From an uncultured Candidatus Rokubacteria bacterium (lineage in GTDB: Bacteria > Methylomirabilota > Methylomirabilia > Rokubacteriales > CSP1-6): DNA of 64,000 bases. Shown one piece after another: positions 43,278-53,482 of this stretch (position 1 is the first letter of the stretch; each line of letters opens with the position of its first letter). The position numbers were made by a program, and so were the translations under genes. The notes under the pieces are model-generated. The model made no database searches and was not told the origin of the DNA. It saw only the letters and a list, made by a program, of their open reading frames with translations. Where the stretch lies: assembly GCA_963754315.1 (NCBI GenBank), contig CAVWFS010000006.1, positions 32,001 through 96,000 of the forward strand. Reading direction: 5' to 3'.

Positions 43278-43403
43278 TGGAGAGCCTCCTCAGCGAGATG
43301 GGAGCCGATATGGTCAGCCCGCTTCGGGCACTGCAGAAACGGCAGGCCATGGCGTCGAGCGTGCAGGGGAGCAACGTGCTGGCCTCGCCCGGCACCGTGA
43401 GCT

Positions 43404-43967
43404 TTAGGAGAGGACCACGGCGGCGAGATGTGGCGGGATGGAATCGTATTGCAGGCGCACCCGGCGCATCGGGCCCTCGACCGAGTCGTAGAGGTCGCAC
43501 TCGTCGTAAGGCCGGGAATACACATGCAGACTCACCGCGTCTGCCCGCAGTTCGGCCGGGTTTTCCACCGCGTGGATGTCGGCCGGGCCGTCGACGTGGC
43601 CGGGCCCGCCCTCGACGAGGCTGCCCAGCGCCACCAGGGGGAGCGGCGCGTCAGAGGCCGCGCGATAGCTCGTGAAGCGCAGGCATCCTCGCTCCACCCG
43701 CGCCCAGCACAGCTCGCCTTCGTGCCCGTGGATGGGGGCGCGGGCGCCAGCGGCCCAGCACAGTACGAGTACCTCGACGTCTCGGTCCTTGTGAACGAGA
43801 TGTCGCGTGTAGCGGTGGGGCTCGAACCGCACATAGGGCTCCAGAGATGCCTGTTCAATCTGGGTCGTGGTGAGGAAGCTGTGCATCGTGGAGGCGTCGG
43901 GGCCTGAGCCGCAGAGGCGCCTCACCTCATCGACGAAATCGGCGATGAGCACGCGGATCACGCTCAT
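43404..43967 (-). CDS. Cysteine dioxygenase family (cupin thiol dioxygenase)
   Basis: YTRHLV, LCW, PIHGHEGELC, IHAVEN, SLHVYS. Confidence 0.88.
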   Translation of the reverse strand: MSVIRVLIADFVDEVRRLCGSGPDASTMHSFLTTTQIEQASLEPYVRFEPHRYTRHLVHKDRDVEVLVLCWAAGARAPIHGHEGELCWARVERGCLRFTSYRAASDAPLPLVALGSLVEGGPGHVDGPADIHAVENPAELRADAVSLHVYSRPYDECDLYDSVEGPMRRVRLQYDSIPPHLAAVVLS

Positions 43968-44121
43968 GCGTGGTGGTGGTCTGAACCACCGGTCCTACCA
44001 GGCGACCAGAAATCCTGACACATCACGGGCACCTCCGTCCGCCGGCCGGGCGCCGAGCTTGTGGCCAGCCTGCATGACAAGGCCCGTGAAAGTCCAGCGG
44101 AGGATGGGTGACCCGCTACGT

Positions 44122-46371
44122 TCAGCGGACCGGGTCTCCCGTCCGGCCCACCACGCTGGCGACGGTGGCGACGAGCTCGGACGGCTCGACCGGCTTTGAG
44201 ACATGCACAAGAAAGCCGGCACGGAGAGCCCGCGTCCGATCTTCTGAGCGTGAAAAGGCGGTGAGCGCGATGGCCGGTAAGCCACCGCCTTTCGCCTGAC
44301 CCAGCGCGCGGACTCGCTTAAGAAGCTCATACCCATCAACATCCGGCATGCCGATGTCGCTGACCAGAACATCCGGTCTCATGTCTTCAACGGCGGTCAG
44401 CGCTTCTGGGACCGTCGCTGCCGTCACCACCTTCGCATCACACTCGCTCAGAATGCGTCTGAGCAGATCGCGGGCATCGGCCTGGTCATCGACGACCAGA
44501 ACTGTCACACCAGAGAGATCGGAGGGCTTGAAGTCCCACGACGAAACGCTGCCGGGATGGGTCCGCGGCCCGCCGATGTCCGTGGTCACCGCCATCACTG
44601 GGAGACGGAGGGTGAACGTCGATCCACGACCTTCGCCCGCACTGGAGACGTGCACGGTTCCGCCGTGCTGCTCGACGAGATGCTTCACGATCGATAGGCC
44701 CAGCCCCAACCCGCCCACGGTACGGGTGCGTGACGAATCGGCTTGGCGGAATCGTTGGAAGATGATCGGAAGCAATTCGGGCTTGATGCCGACGCCCGTA
44801 TCGGCCACCGTGATCTCGATCTGCGAGTCCACCCGCCTCAGCTGCGCCTCCACCCGCCCATTCCTCGGGGTGAACTTGATGGCATTAGAAAGGAGATTCC
44901 AGACGACCTGCTGAAGGCGATTGGGGTCGCCGGTGATGGGCCCCGCGGTGGGGTCGAGCACCTTGAGAAGCCGAATGCCCTTGGCCTCCGCCGCCGGCCT
45001 CACCGTCTCGATCGCTCCCTCGATGAACACCACCGGGTTCACGGGTTGAACATCGAGTCGCATCTTGCCGGAGGTGATGCGACTCATGTCGAGAAGGTCC
45101 TCGATCAATTGTGTTTGGATGCGGGCATTTCTTTCCATGACTTCGAGCGCATGCTGGAGCTCGGCGGCGCTGCCGGGGCGGGCCCTGAGGATTCGAACCC
45201 ATCCCAGAATGGCGTTCAGGGGCGTCCTCAGCTCGTGGGAGACGGTGGCCAGAAACTCGTCCTTGGTTGCGCTCGCCCGCTCGGCCTCGGTCCGGGCCGA
45301 TCGCTCGCTCTCCAGCAGTTCCTTGCGCGCCTCGTAGAGCCGGGCGTTATCAATGGCGATGGCGGCCTGGGCGGCCACCCCGACCACCAGCCGTTCGGCC
45401 CGTTCGCTGAACACACCGACCTCTGGATGGCCAAAGAAGAGCCCGCCGATGACTTCCCCGGAGCGGGAGACGACCGGCACCGCGAGGTAGCTGCGGACAG
45501 GAAGGTGCCCGGCTGGCATGCCCAAGTGCGGCGCCACCTGTCCGTATCGCGGATCCCGGAGAACATCGGCACAGCGGATCGGTCCCTCCCCCCGGAACGT
45601 CGGGGCGAAGAGGGGTGTGGCCCGGGGCCGCCCGAAGCGCTCGAAGGCGTCCCGGGGTGCTCCCGAAAGGGTGTACAGCAAGAACGCGTCGCCGCGGGCG
45701 TCGGTGGTGTTGTAGAAGAAGGCACCGAACCGCGCTCCGCTCAGCTCGGTCGCGGCATCGGTGACCGCTTGGAGAAGGGCCTGCAGGTCGAGCTGAGACG
45801 ACAGCGCGGCGCCGGTCTTGTTCAACAGCTCGAGCATCCTGGTCTCGTCGCGCAAGGCCTCTTCCGCGCGCCGGTTCTGTGTGATGTCACGGAAGCTCCA
45901 CACGCGCCCCGTGGTGCGCCCGTCGACGGCGAGCACACGCGAGTACCGCTCGAAGACTCGTCGGTCATTGAGGTCGAGCACATCGAGGCTGTCTTCGGGG
46001 GAGGTGGAGTAGATCTCGTCGATGCGGGAACGGTAACCGGCGCCATCAACGAACTGCTGAGCAAAGAAGTCCACGAGCTGGTGATGCTGCCGCGTGGCCA
46101 GGATCACGCTGGGAATTCGCCACATCTCGACCAGCTGCTGATTGAACCCGGTCACCGTGCCGCGTTCGTCGGTGACGAGGATGCCGTCCCACGTGCTGTC
46201 CAGCGTGGCGCGCATGATGGCCAGCGAACGGGCCAGCTCGCGCGTCTTGCCTTCCAACTCATCTTTGGCACGGAGAATCTCCTGCTCGGCTCGCTGACGC
46301 GCCGCCAGAATGCTCTGCGCGTTCTGGATGGCGACAGATCGAAGGAGGTCGTCTTCCGGCGAGGTCGGCAT
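44122..46371 (-). CDS. Hybrid sensor histidine kinase (PAS-GAF-HisKA-HATPase-REC)
   Basis: SHELRTPL, NLLSNAIKFT, DTGVG, GLGLGL; receiver VVDD...SDIGMP...SKP. Confidence 0.95.
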   Translation of the reverse strand: MPTSPEDDLLRSVAIQNAQSILAARQRAEQEILRAKDELEGKTRELARSLAIMRATLDSTWDGILVTDERGTVTGFNQQLVEMWRIPSVILATRQHHQLVDFFAQQFVDGAGYRSRIDEIYSTSPEDSLDVLDLNDRRVFERYSRVLAVDGRTTGRVWSFRDITQNRRAEEALRDETRMLELLNKTGAALSSQLDLQALLQAVTDAATELSGARFGAFFYNTTDARGDAFLLYTLSGAPRDAFERFGRPRATPLFAPTFRGEGPIRCADVLRDPRYGQVAPHLGMPAGHLPVRSYLAVPVVSRSGEVIGGLFFGHPEVGVFSERAERLVVGVAAQAAIAIDNARLYEARKELLESERSARTEAERASATKDEFLATVSHELRTPLNAILGWVRILRARPGSAAELQHALEVMERNARIQTQLIEDLLDMSRITSGKMRLDVQPVNPVVFIEGAIETVRPAAEAKGIRLLKVLDPTAGPITGDPNRLQQVVWNLLSNAIKFTPRNGRVEAQLRRVDSQIEITVADTGVGIKPELLPIIFQRFRQADSSRTRTVGGLGLGLSIVKHLVEQHGGTVHVSSAGEGRGSTFTLRLPVMAVTTDIGGPRTHPGSVSSWDFKPSDLSGVTVLVVDDQADARDLLRRILSECDAKVVTAATVPEALTAVEDMRPDVLVSDIGMPDVDGYELLKRVRALGQAKGGGLPAIALTAFSRSEDRTRALRAGFLVHVSKPVEPSELVATVASVVGRTGDPVR

Positions 46372-47432
46372 CAGCCTACTCCGAGAATGCGAGCGGCCAG
46401 GGTGGTGCCCAGAACCCGGGACCGAATCTTGGCGAAGGCTGTCTCGCGACTGGTCGACAGATCATCGCTGAATGGCGAGAAGCCACAGTCATCGGTGGTT
46501 CCCAGACACTCGAGCGGAATGTAATCCGCCGCTTGGAGGATCAGATCCCTGACGTCTTCAGGCTGCTCGACGCGAGAATCGATCGGCGCCACCACTCCCA
46601 CGAAAATCTGCTGGTCAGGCTTCATGTACTGCCGAATGATGCGCAGAACCCGCAGGCGGTCTCGCTCGCCGGCCAAGGCGATGTAGAAGCTTCCCACCCG
46701 CAGTTCGAACAGGGCCGGCAGCAACTCCTCGTAATCGACATCGGCGCTGTGCGTGGAATCGCGGTCCCCACCCGGGCAGGTATGCACGCCCAGGCGCGCC
46801 CGTTCGTCCGGCACGAAGGGAGCGAGGGCGAGGTTGTTGAGGTCGATGAAGCGACTCAGCAGATGGGCTGACGGGTCGACCTTCATGGACAGGCGGCCCT
46901 CCGTGAAGTCGATCTGGACCTTGTGGGCGCCCTTCTCCAGGCACCGCCTCACTTCTGTCTGGTGCTCGCGCACCAAGTCATCGATGAATTTCTCGCGAGG
47001 GTATCCGGGGATGCCCTGGGCGGGATACATCAGGCTCAGCGCCGACGGTGAAATCACCGCCTGCTTGACGGGAACGTGGGCAAAGCGTTGCGCAACCTCC
47101 AGGAACGTGTCCGCGTATCGCCGGTAACGGAACGGCCCCTCGGTGAGGCGCGGCATGCGTCGGGTATGGCCCGCCGCAAAGGGTATTTGGAACCCTTCCG
47201 GGTGAGTGTTGGTCAGACCGTGCACAGGATAGGTCCAGAAATTGTGGTATTTCCGCTGCTCGCCGTCCGTGATCACAGGAGAGCCCGTGGCTTCGAACAG
47301 CGCGACCGTGTCGCGCACGGCTTCCACGTAGAGAGGCTCCAGGCTCGGGTCGTCGCCGCCCTTTTGTGCCGCCGCCTCGATCAGCTCACGCGGCCGGGGA
47401 ATGCTTCCGATCGGTTCGGTCGGGATCGTCAT
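46371..47432 (-). CDS. Single-barrel cobalamin-independent methionine synthase-like protein
   Basis: TEPIGSIPRP, ITDGEQ, HTCPGGD, DDCGFSPF zinc-site motifs. Confidence 0.9.
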   Translation of the reverse strand: MTIPTEPIGSIPRPRELIEAAAQKGGDDPSLEPLYVEAVRDTVALFEATGSPVITDGEQRKYHNFWTYPVHGLTNTHPEGFQIPFAAGHTRRMPRLTEGPFRYRRYADTFLEVAQRFAHVPVKQAVISPSALSLMYPAQGIPGYPREKFIDDLVREHQTEVRRCLEKGAHKVQIDFTEGRLSMKVDPSAHLLSRFIDLNNLALAPFVPDERARLGVHTCPGGDRDSTHSADVDYEELLPALFELRVGSFYIALAGERDRLRVLRIIRQYMKPDQQIFVGVVAPIDSRVEQPEDVRDLILQAADYIPLECLGTTDDCGFSPFSDDLSTSRETAFAKIRSRVLGTTLAARILGVG

Positions 47433-47814
47433 CTCGTCGTCCTAGGCGACTCGTTGAGGTGGAGGCGCTCGGGTCACCGCCCGACACGGCGGGCCAGACG
47501 CGATTCGAGACAACTGCAAGAATAGGACCGCGAAACCAAGCCCCGGAACGCCTCTCTCCGAGGATCGTCCCTTCTAGCCAAAGGGAAGCTCACGGCGAAT
47601 GGACGCAAGCTGCGCCGCCAAGAATCCCTATTTCGGGTGTAGATATTTCCAGACCATTGTAGATATGACAGATACCTCGGGACGCGTTCCAGAGGCTAAG
47701 GCCGACAACGCTTCAGTAATTCCTAGTCGTCGACCTACCCGGGTCAGCTGCTGAACGGACGCTGGCGCCCCGCCGGCGCCGAAAAGGCCAGCCCGCACGT
47801 CTTCGCGTCGGCGC

Positions 47815-49599
47815 TCAGAGCGGTCGATGCCAGTAGGCGATGCCACCGAAGATGGAGTCCCAGCCGTTCGGGTCGACGCCGCTGAGCTGATTGGAAACGG
47901 CGTGGACGGTGCTCCGCCAGGTGACGGGAATGACCACGGCCTCCCGCACGACCAGGTCGTTCATGCGAATGAAGAGGGCCGCCCGCTTGACGGGATCCAT
48001 CTCGGTCTCTGCCTGTCGCCACAATCGGTCGTAGTCAGGGTGGCGCCAGCGGGTAAGATTGCGCCCCGTCCATTTGTTCTCCTTGGTCGGGATCTCCCAG
48101 GAGGTGAACTGGGCCATGGACAGCTGGGGGTCCAACCCGCTGAACACCGTATACATCTGGAGGTCGGCCAAGAACCGCACAGTGGTGTCGGGGCTGCTCG
48201 TGTCCGAAGAGAAGAAAACCGAGACCGGTACCGCCTTCACTTCGATCTCCACGCCGGCCGCGGCCGCCGCCTGCTTCACCACCATCTGGATCTTCTGGAC
48301 GGTCGGGCTGACCGCCGCCTGAAAAACGAGCTTCAGGCGCCGACCGTTCTTGACTCGAATTCCGTCGGCGCCTCGCGCCCAGCCCGCTTCCGTCAAGAGC
48401 TGGCCGGCCTTGTCGGGGTTGAATTCCCAGGTCGACGTCCGCGAGCGGAATGCCTCAGGAGCATTGAGGAAGTTGGCGGTGATCTGCCCTTTCCGTCCGA
48501 CCAGATGTTCCTGGATGGAAACCCGATCCACGAGCAGGCTCAGCGCCGCGCGCACGGCAGGGTCACCCAGACACGGATGCGCGAAGGCCGGGTGCGACCG
48601 CTCGGCGTCCGCGTCGCGCCAGGGATCGGACTGATTGCACTGGATGTGATTGACACCGTTCCCGGGCACGGTGATGAACTTTCCCTTGCCCCCGTGCTCG
48701 ATTCGCGTGAGGACGTCTTCCTCGGCCAGGATGTAGTAGCCGAAATCGTACTCGCCGGTTTGCAAGACGGCCCGCGCCGCACTCACGGCGTCACCGCCCC
48801 CCTTGATTTCCAGACGGTCGAAGAACGGACGGTGCGAGATGTGGTAGTGCGGATTCAGCACGGCGTGCACGGAGTCCCCGGGCTTGAAGGTGACGAGCTT
48901 GTAGGGCCCGGTGCCGACGACCTTGATCATTCCGAGCGCCTCGCGCGCGCCCGCTGCCTTGTGTGGCTGGAACACATGGCGCGGAAGCAAACCGTCGGTG
49001 AAAGCGCGCATCCAGAAGGGCTGGGGCTTCTTGAAGACGACCCTCACCGTGTGCGAGTCGAGCTTGTCGATGCGCGCGATGTCGTCGTAGGCAGCGCGGC
49101 TGGTGGCGGCGGTAGCCGGATCGGCGGCAAATTCCCAATTGAAGATCACGTCGTCGGCGGTAAAGGGCGCGCCGTCATGCCAGACGACTCCCTTCTTGAG
49201 GTGCCAGACAACCCATTGACCATCCCGGGCAACTCCGCCGTTGAGGCTGCTCGGAAGCTCCTCGGCCAGCACCGGCCGAAAGGTGCCCTCGGCCGTGGGC
49301 GCGGCCAGCGGCTCGTAGAAGATGCGCGAGGCGGTGAAGTCGCGGAGGCCACGTCCGAAATGAGGATGGAGGAAGGTGGGGGCGTCCCACATGAGCATGC
49401 GGAGATCGCCGCCGCCGCCCCGTTTGGTCGGACTGAAGCTGTGCTCCCGGGGCCCTGCCACCACCCCGTTTGCTGACAGCATTTGGGTGGCCAATGGCGC
49501 CGTGAGACCTAGCCCGACCATGGTACGGACGAACTGGCGCCGCCCCAGCCGTCCGCCTCTGACTGCTTCGATCAGCGCCCGAAGAGTCGATTCGTCCAT
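47815..49599 (-). CDS. Tat-exported peptide ABC transporter substrate-binding protein (family 5)
   Basis: LGRRQFVRTM twin-Arg; WHDGAPFTADDVIF, GTGPY, VRAALSLLVDR. Confidence 0.92.
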   Translation of the reverse strand: MDESTLRALIEAVRGGRLGRRQFVRTMVGLGLTAPLATQMLSANGVVAGPREHSFSPTKRGGGGDLRMLMWDAPTFLHPHFGRGLRDFTASRIFYEPLAAPTAEGTFRPVLAEELPSSLNGGVARDGQWVVWHLKKGVVWHDGAPFTADDVIFNWEFAADPATAATSRAAYDDIARIDKLDSHTVRVVFKKPQPFWMRAFTDGLLPRHVFQPHKAAGAREALGMIKVVGTGPYKLVTFKPGDSVHAVLNPHYHISHRPFFDRLEIKGGGDAVSAARAVLQTGEYDFGYYILAEEDVLTRIEHGGKGKFITVPGNGVNHIQCNQSDPWRDADAERSHPAFAHPCLGDPAVRAALSLLVDRVSIQEHLVGRKGQITANFLNAPEAFRSRTSTWEFNPDKAGQLLTEAGWARGADGIRVKNGRRLKLVFQAAVSPTVQKIQMVVKQAAAAAGVEIEVKAVPVSVFFSSDTSSPDTTVRFLADLQMYTVFSGLDPQLSMAQFTSWEIPTKENKWTGRNLTRWRHPDYDRLWRQAETEMDPVKRAALFIRMNDLVVREAVVIPVTWRSTVHAVSNQLSGVDPNGWDSIFGGIAYWHRPL

Positions 49600-49646
49600 G
49601 GCGATGTTCCTCCGGGTTTTCTCGTCGCGAGAATGTCGGAGCCAAT

Positions 49647-49665
49647 TATATCACGACATGATATA
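49647..49665. promoter_or_regulatory. Palindromic operator between the divergent SBP and MarR genes
   Basis: TATATCA-CGACA-TGATATA, 10 nt before the MarR ATG. Confidence 0.7.
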
Positions 49666-49675
49666 CATAGGCGGG

Positions 49676-50191
49676 ATGGGTACCAGCCCCCGTGTCGACT
49701 ACCAGACCCTGGCCGACCTGCGCTACCAGATCCGGCGCTTTCTTCGGGTGCGCGAGGTGGCAGCCCGCGCGGCCGGGGTAGAGCCTCAGCAGTACCTGGT
49801 CCTGCTTCAGGTCAAGGGGCTGGCAGGCCGGCGAGAAGCCACCATCGGCACTCTGGCCGAGCGCCTTCAGATCCGGCACCACGGCGTAGTGCAACTCGTC
49901 GATCGCTTGGCCAAGCGGGGACTGGTGAAACGTCGCCAGGGCGGCCGCGACCGTCGAGCGGTGGCGATCGACCTTCTCCCCGCTGGCGAGGCCCTGCTGG
50001 GCCGGTTGGCCCGCCAGTCAGTCCACGAGCTCAAGTCAGAAGGACCCACCCTCGTGGCCTCCTTGAAGCGGCTGGTCGCAGACTCGGGTCGGAACGGCGT
50101 GCCCCAGAACGCCCTACCCCTCGAGGGTGGCCGGATGCGCCACGACAGGCCCGCCCTTGGCATCGATCCCAGTCGGGTCCCGCGGCTCTAA
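49676..50191 (+). CDS. MarR-family transcriptional regulator
   Basis: DYQTLADLRYQIRRFL, TIGTLAERLQIRHHGVVQLVDRL..RGLV.R....DRR. Confidence 0.9.
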   Translation: MGTSPRVDYQTLADLRYQIRRFLRVREVAARAAGVEPQQYLVLLQVKGLAGRREATIGTLAERLQIRHHGVVQLVDRLAKRGLVKRRQGGRDRRAVAIDLLPAGEALLGRLARQSVHELKSEGPTLVASLKRLVADSGRNGVPQNALPLEGGRMRHDRPALGIDPSRVPRL

Positions 50192-50352
50192 CGCCCGGCA
50201 GCGCGGTAGACAACCTTCACCACCCGATCGCGGGCTGTCTTCCGCAGGGTTTTCGTCATTGCCTTCGCGAGCGGGGAGCCCTTGTCGAGGCCCTGACACG
50301 AACGTCGAAAGCCGGTCGAGCTCCTGTGCGCGACGAGGAGAGGCGGGGAGTG

Positions 50353-50649
50353 TTAGTTGCCCGCGGCCAGCGCCTGCATGTGATCGGCCAGCTCGAAGTC
50401 GAGCGCCGTAATGCCCGACGCGTCGTGGGTCATCAGGTCGACCACGACCCGGTTGTAAACATTGAACCACTCGGGATGATGACCCATGGCTTCAGCCCGC
50501 AGGGCGGCGCCCGCCATGAACGCGAAGGCTCGGATGAAATCGGGGAAGGTAAATTCCCGGTGAAGCTTGCCCGATCGGAGCGCCCAGCCCGGCAGCTGCT
50601 CCAAGCGCCGTCTGATCTCGTCGTCGGGTAGTCGAGCTGGCCTTGTCAT
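50353..50649 (-). CDS. phhB: Pterin-4-alpha-carbinolamine dehydratase
   Basis: FPDFIRAFAFM, AEAMGHHPEWFNVYNRV, THDASGITALD. Confidence 0.93.
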   Translation of the reverse strand: MTRPARLPDDEIRRRLEQLPGWALRSGKLHREFTFPDFIRAFAFMAGAALRAEAMGHHPEWFNVYNRVVVDLMTHDASGITALDFELADHMQALAAGN

Positions 50650-50652
50650 CGC

Positions 50653-51417
50653 TCAGGCCACCGCTGCCGCCAACGCGGGCCGGGTATACCAGCTGAAGAC
50701 GCCGTCCGTCATGGGGCGGATGTTCAGCTCCTCGCGCCAGTCGGCAAGAGGGCGCTCGAACCCGAGCTCCCACTTGACCGGGAAGAGGGGCTTGGCCGCC
50801 TGTCCCATCTCGACCCCCATCGACAGAACACGGTAGCGGTAGCCCAGTGTCTTGCCGATCTCGCTCGGGGGGAGGTCTTCGCGATAGAGCTGCTCGCTGG
50901 AGAAGAATTGGATGAGCATGCCTAGCAGGCCGAGGAACACGAAGGCGGGATAGCCGAACTGAGCCGAGCTCACCGAGATGACCCCGAGCTCGCCCAAGTC
51001 GTCAAGGCTGAACCCCGTCAGGACGTGGTGGATGTCGTGGGTCTTGTAGACCCGGAAGTTCACGTAGGCGGCATCGTCGGCAAATCGCTCGGGCTGACGG
51101 TAGAACTGGGGATCGTATCCCATCGTGGTCATCACCTGAGCGTATGTCCACCCGAGCGAATACTTGGGCATTCGCGACATTGCTCCCACATCATAGGCCG
51201 GCCCGACATAGCGCTCCTCTAGCATCCGGGCCGAGGCCGGGTCGCTCCGGAGGGCCGTGAGGCATCGATTCATTGGCCGACTCTGGTTGAGGCGGTCGCT
51301 CAGGTCGAAGACGTTGTTCACGTCCTTTCCGGCGCCGGCCGCCAGGTCCACCAGTTCGAGAAACTTCGTGAGATTGTCTCGGCTGGCGAGGTCATTGATG
51401 TACTTGAAGCTGCCCAT
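50653..51417 (-). CDS. Coq4-family protein
   Basis: MPKYSLGWTYA, THDIHHVLTGF...GELGV (HDxxH-x11-E), AKPLFPVKWE...PL..WREELNI. Confidence 0.85.
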   Translation of the reverse strand: MGSFKYINDLASRDNLTKFLELVDLAAGAGKDVNNVFDLSDRLNQSRPMNRCLTALRSDPASARMLEERYVGPAYDVGAMSRMPKYSLGWTYAQVMTTMGYDPQFYRQPERFADDAAYVNFRVYKTHDIHHVLTGFSLDDLGELGVISVSSAQFGYPAFVFLGLLGMLIQFFSSEQLYREDLPPSEIGKTLGYRYRVLSMGVEMGQAAKPLFPVKWELGFERPLADWREELNIRPMTDGVFSWYTRPALAAAVA

Positions 51418-51746
51418 GGCAGAGGCCCTCCCGCTCTGAAGCGTAATCCAGCTGCCTGCGTACGACGTCGGAACAGGGTGGATTATGGTCGACGCTGCAG
51501 AAGTCGGCAAGGAGACGCGGCGTCCGACATTCCTGCGTCTCGCATCTCCCATTGATACCAGAGTAATGCTGTATTGCGCGCCCGCCTCCGCGTTGCTGCC
51601 TCTCAATCGCCACTGTCACTGCTGTCACGTCGACATTCGATATTCTGACGGTTTTCGCACTGGCTCGAGGGTTCGTTTTACGGTGGCTGCCGTCTAACTA
51701 GCCGTGGGCGATGAAATCTTCGGGATGACTCCGCCCTGGGCTTTTT

Positions 51747-51762
51747 CGGCACGTTCCTGGCA
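51747..51762 (+). promoter_or_regulatory. Possible sigma-54 promoter
   Basis: CGGCACGTTCCTGGCA (GG-N10-GC); imperfect -12. Confidence 0.35.
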
Positions 51763-51977
51763 GACGAGGTCCGAATTCTGACGATTTCTTGTCCCATTCA
51801 CCCGGAGACGTACGGGGGGATCGCCATGCCAGGCAAGGGTCTGCTCGACACGCACGATGACATCTCGGCGTCGCCTCATTGCTCGGAGTCCGCCGATCTT
51901 CCATCCGGAGAACGTGGCTGGTCGCGCGCCCGTACCCACAGAAATGCGCTTTCCTCTTGCGCCAAGGCAGGAAATTC

Positions 51978-53026
51978 ATGCGGTCTGGTCGCGCAGGTGA
52001 TGGTCATCGTGGCTTTTGTTTTCCTGGTTGCACCGGTTGTGTTTGCGCAGGCCACGATCTCCATGGGGGAGACAGCGATTCTGAGCAGCGAGGACAATGG
52101 CAACAAGGGCTCGCTGGTGGCTCAGGAAGCTCCGCTCAGCCGCGCCGCCACGGTCCAGAGCCTGTCCTTCTACGTGACCAAGGCCGAAGGGGAGTTGCGA
52201 CTCGGAGTCTTTGATAGCACTGGCCCGAATGGTGGGCCCGGGGTCAAGAAGGCCGAGACCGTGGCCTTCACACCGCGTGTCGGCTGGAACACCCAGTCGG
52301 TGACGGCGCCGGTACTCCTGCCGGCCGGGACGTACTGGCTAGCCTTCCTCCCGTCGAGTGGCAAACTCACGTTTCGTCGGCAATTCAACGGGGAGGCGCG
52401 GTCCTATCGCCAGCGCATTCGGTCCGCTGCCGGCGACGTTCTCGAGATCGCCAAAGGTGGAGAGCGGCCACTGGTCGCTCTACGCGACATTGAACCCGTC
52501 CAGTGGAGGATCCGGCGGTGGATCCGGCGGCGGATGGGTGGTGGTGGACCGGTGGGGGGCCCCCCGTGGTCAGCTTCACAGCGGCTCCCCTGACGATCCT
52601 ACCCGGCCAATCCACTGCCTTGGTATGGTCATCCACGAACGCCACGAGCTGTACAGCATCGGGCGGATGGAGTGGCTCGCAGCCTCTCGCCGGCGACTTG
52701 CTCGTATTGACGGCGTCGACTGCCACCTACACGCTGACCTGCACCGGGCCGGGGGATCAACCGCGAAGTCGGTGACGGTCACCGTTGCCGGTCCTGCTCG
52801 ACTCACGCTGACCTGGGTCGACAATGCGGCCGGGAACGCGATCTTCAAGATCGAGCGCAGGATCGCAGCGGGGGGGACATACGCGCAGATCGCGACGACG
52901 AGCGCGGGAGCCACCCAGTATGTCGATGCAACCCCCGCCAGGGGTAATACCTACTGCTACCGCGTGCGGGCCTGGACCGCTGGCGGCAACTCGCAGTATT
53001 CGAACGAGGCGTGTGCCACCCTGTGA
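51978..53026 (+). CDS. Secreted beta-sandwich, Ig-like and fibronectin-III protein, 3-4 frameshifts
   Basis: Signal ..FVFLVAPVVFA; VLLPAGTYWLAF; Gly/Ser linker; LVWSSTNATSCTASGGWSG...YTLTCTG; LTWVDNA...FKIERR...YCYRVRA....SQYSNEAC, joined across ORFs 51826, 52358 and 52503. Confidence 0.75.
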
Positions 53027-53342
53027 CGCCTGTTCGGTGCCTGCGAAGCGGTCTTCCCGAGCACCGGGGAGGTCCGGCCATGAGTCGCGGCCATGAAGGG
53101 TCCGCCGGTGGGAGGGGTCCTGGGGTGCCAGTTTGCTGCCCTTCCGCTCCCCTTGGAACGTTCGAGAATGAGGTTCGGCGGTAACAATTTTGGCGCCTCG
53201 ATTGGCCAGGCTCCGAACAGACGGCCTACCGCCTCCGGCTTCTTGCCGGACAGGGGAGCCTATCGCACCTGTAAGTGCTTTCGTTTCGGCCCCTTAGGCT
53301 ACACTGCGCCCCTCCCTCCGCAGCCGTACGTGGGAACGTCCT

Positions 53343-53358
53343 TGGCACCTCGGTTGCT
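53343..53358 (+). promoter_or_regulatory. Sigma-54 (-24/-12) promoter ahead of the EPS cluster
   Basis: TGGCACCTCGGTTGCT matches TGGCAC-N5-TTGCW. Confidence 0.7.
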
Positions 53359-53482
53359 CTTACATTTCGCTACCGTGAAGAGCGTTTTGGATGAGCCACA
53401 AACGAATGGAGCATGGCCGGGGGAGGCGCAGCAGCGTGCGCGATGGAGGCATCTGGCAGCAACAGCGTACGATTCGTGACTG

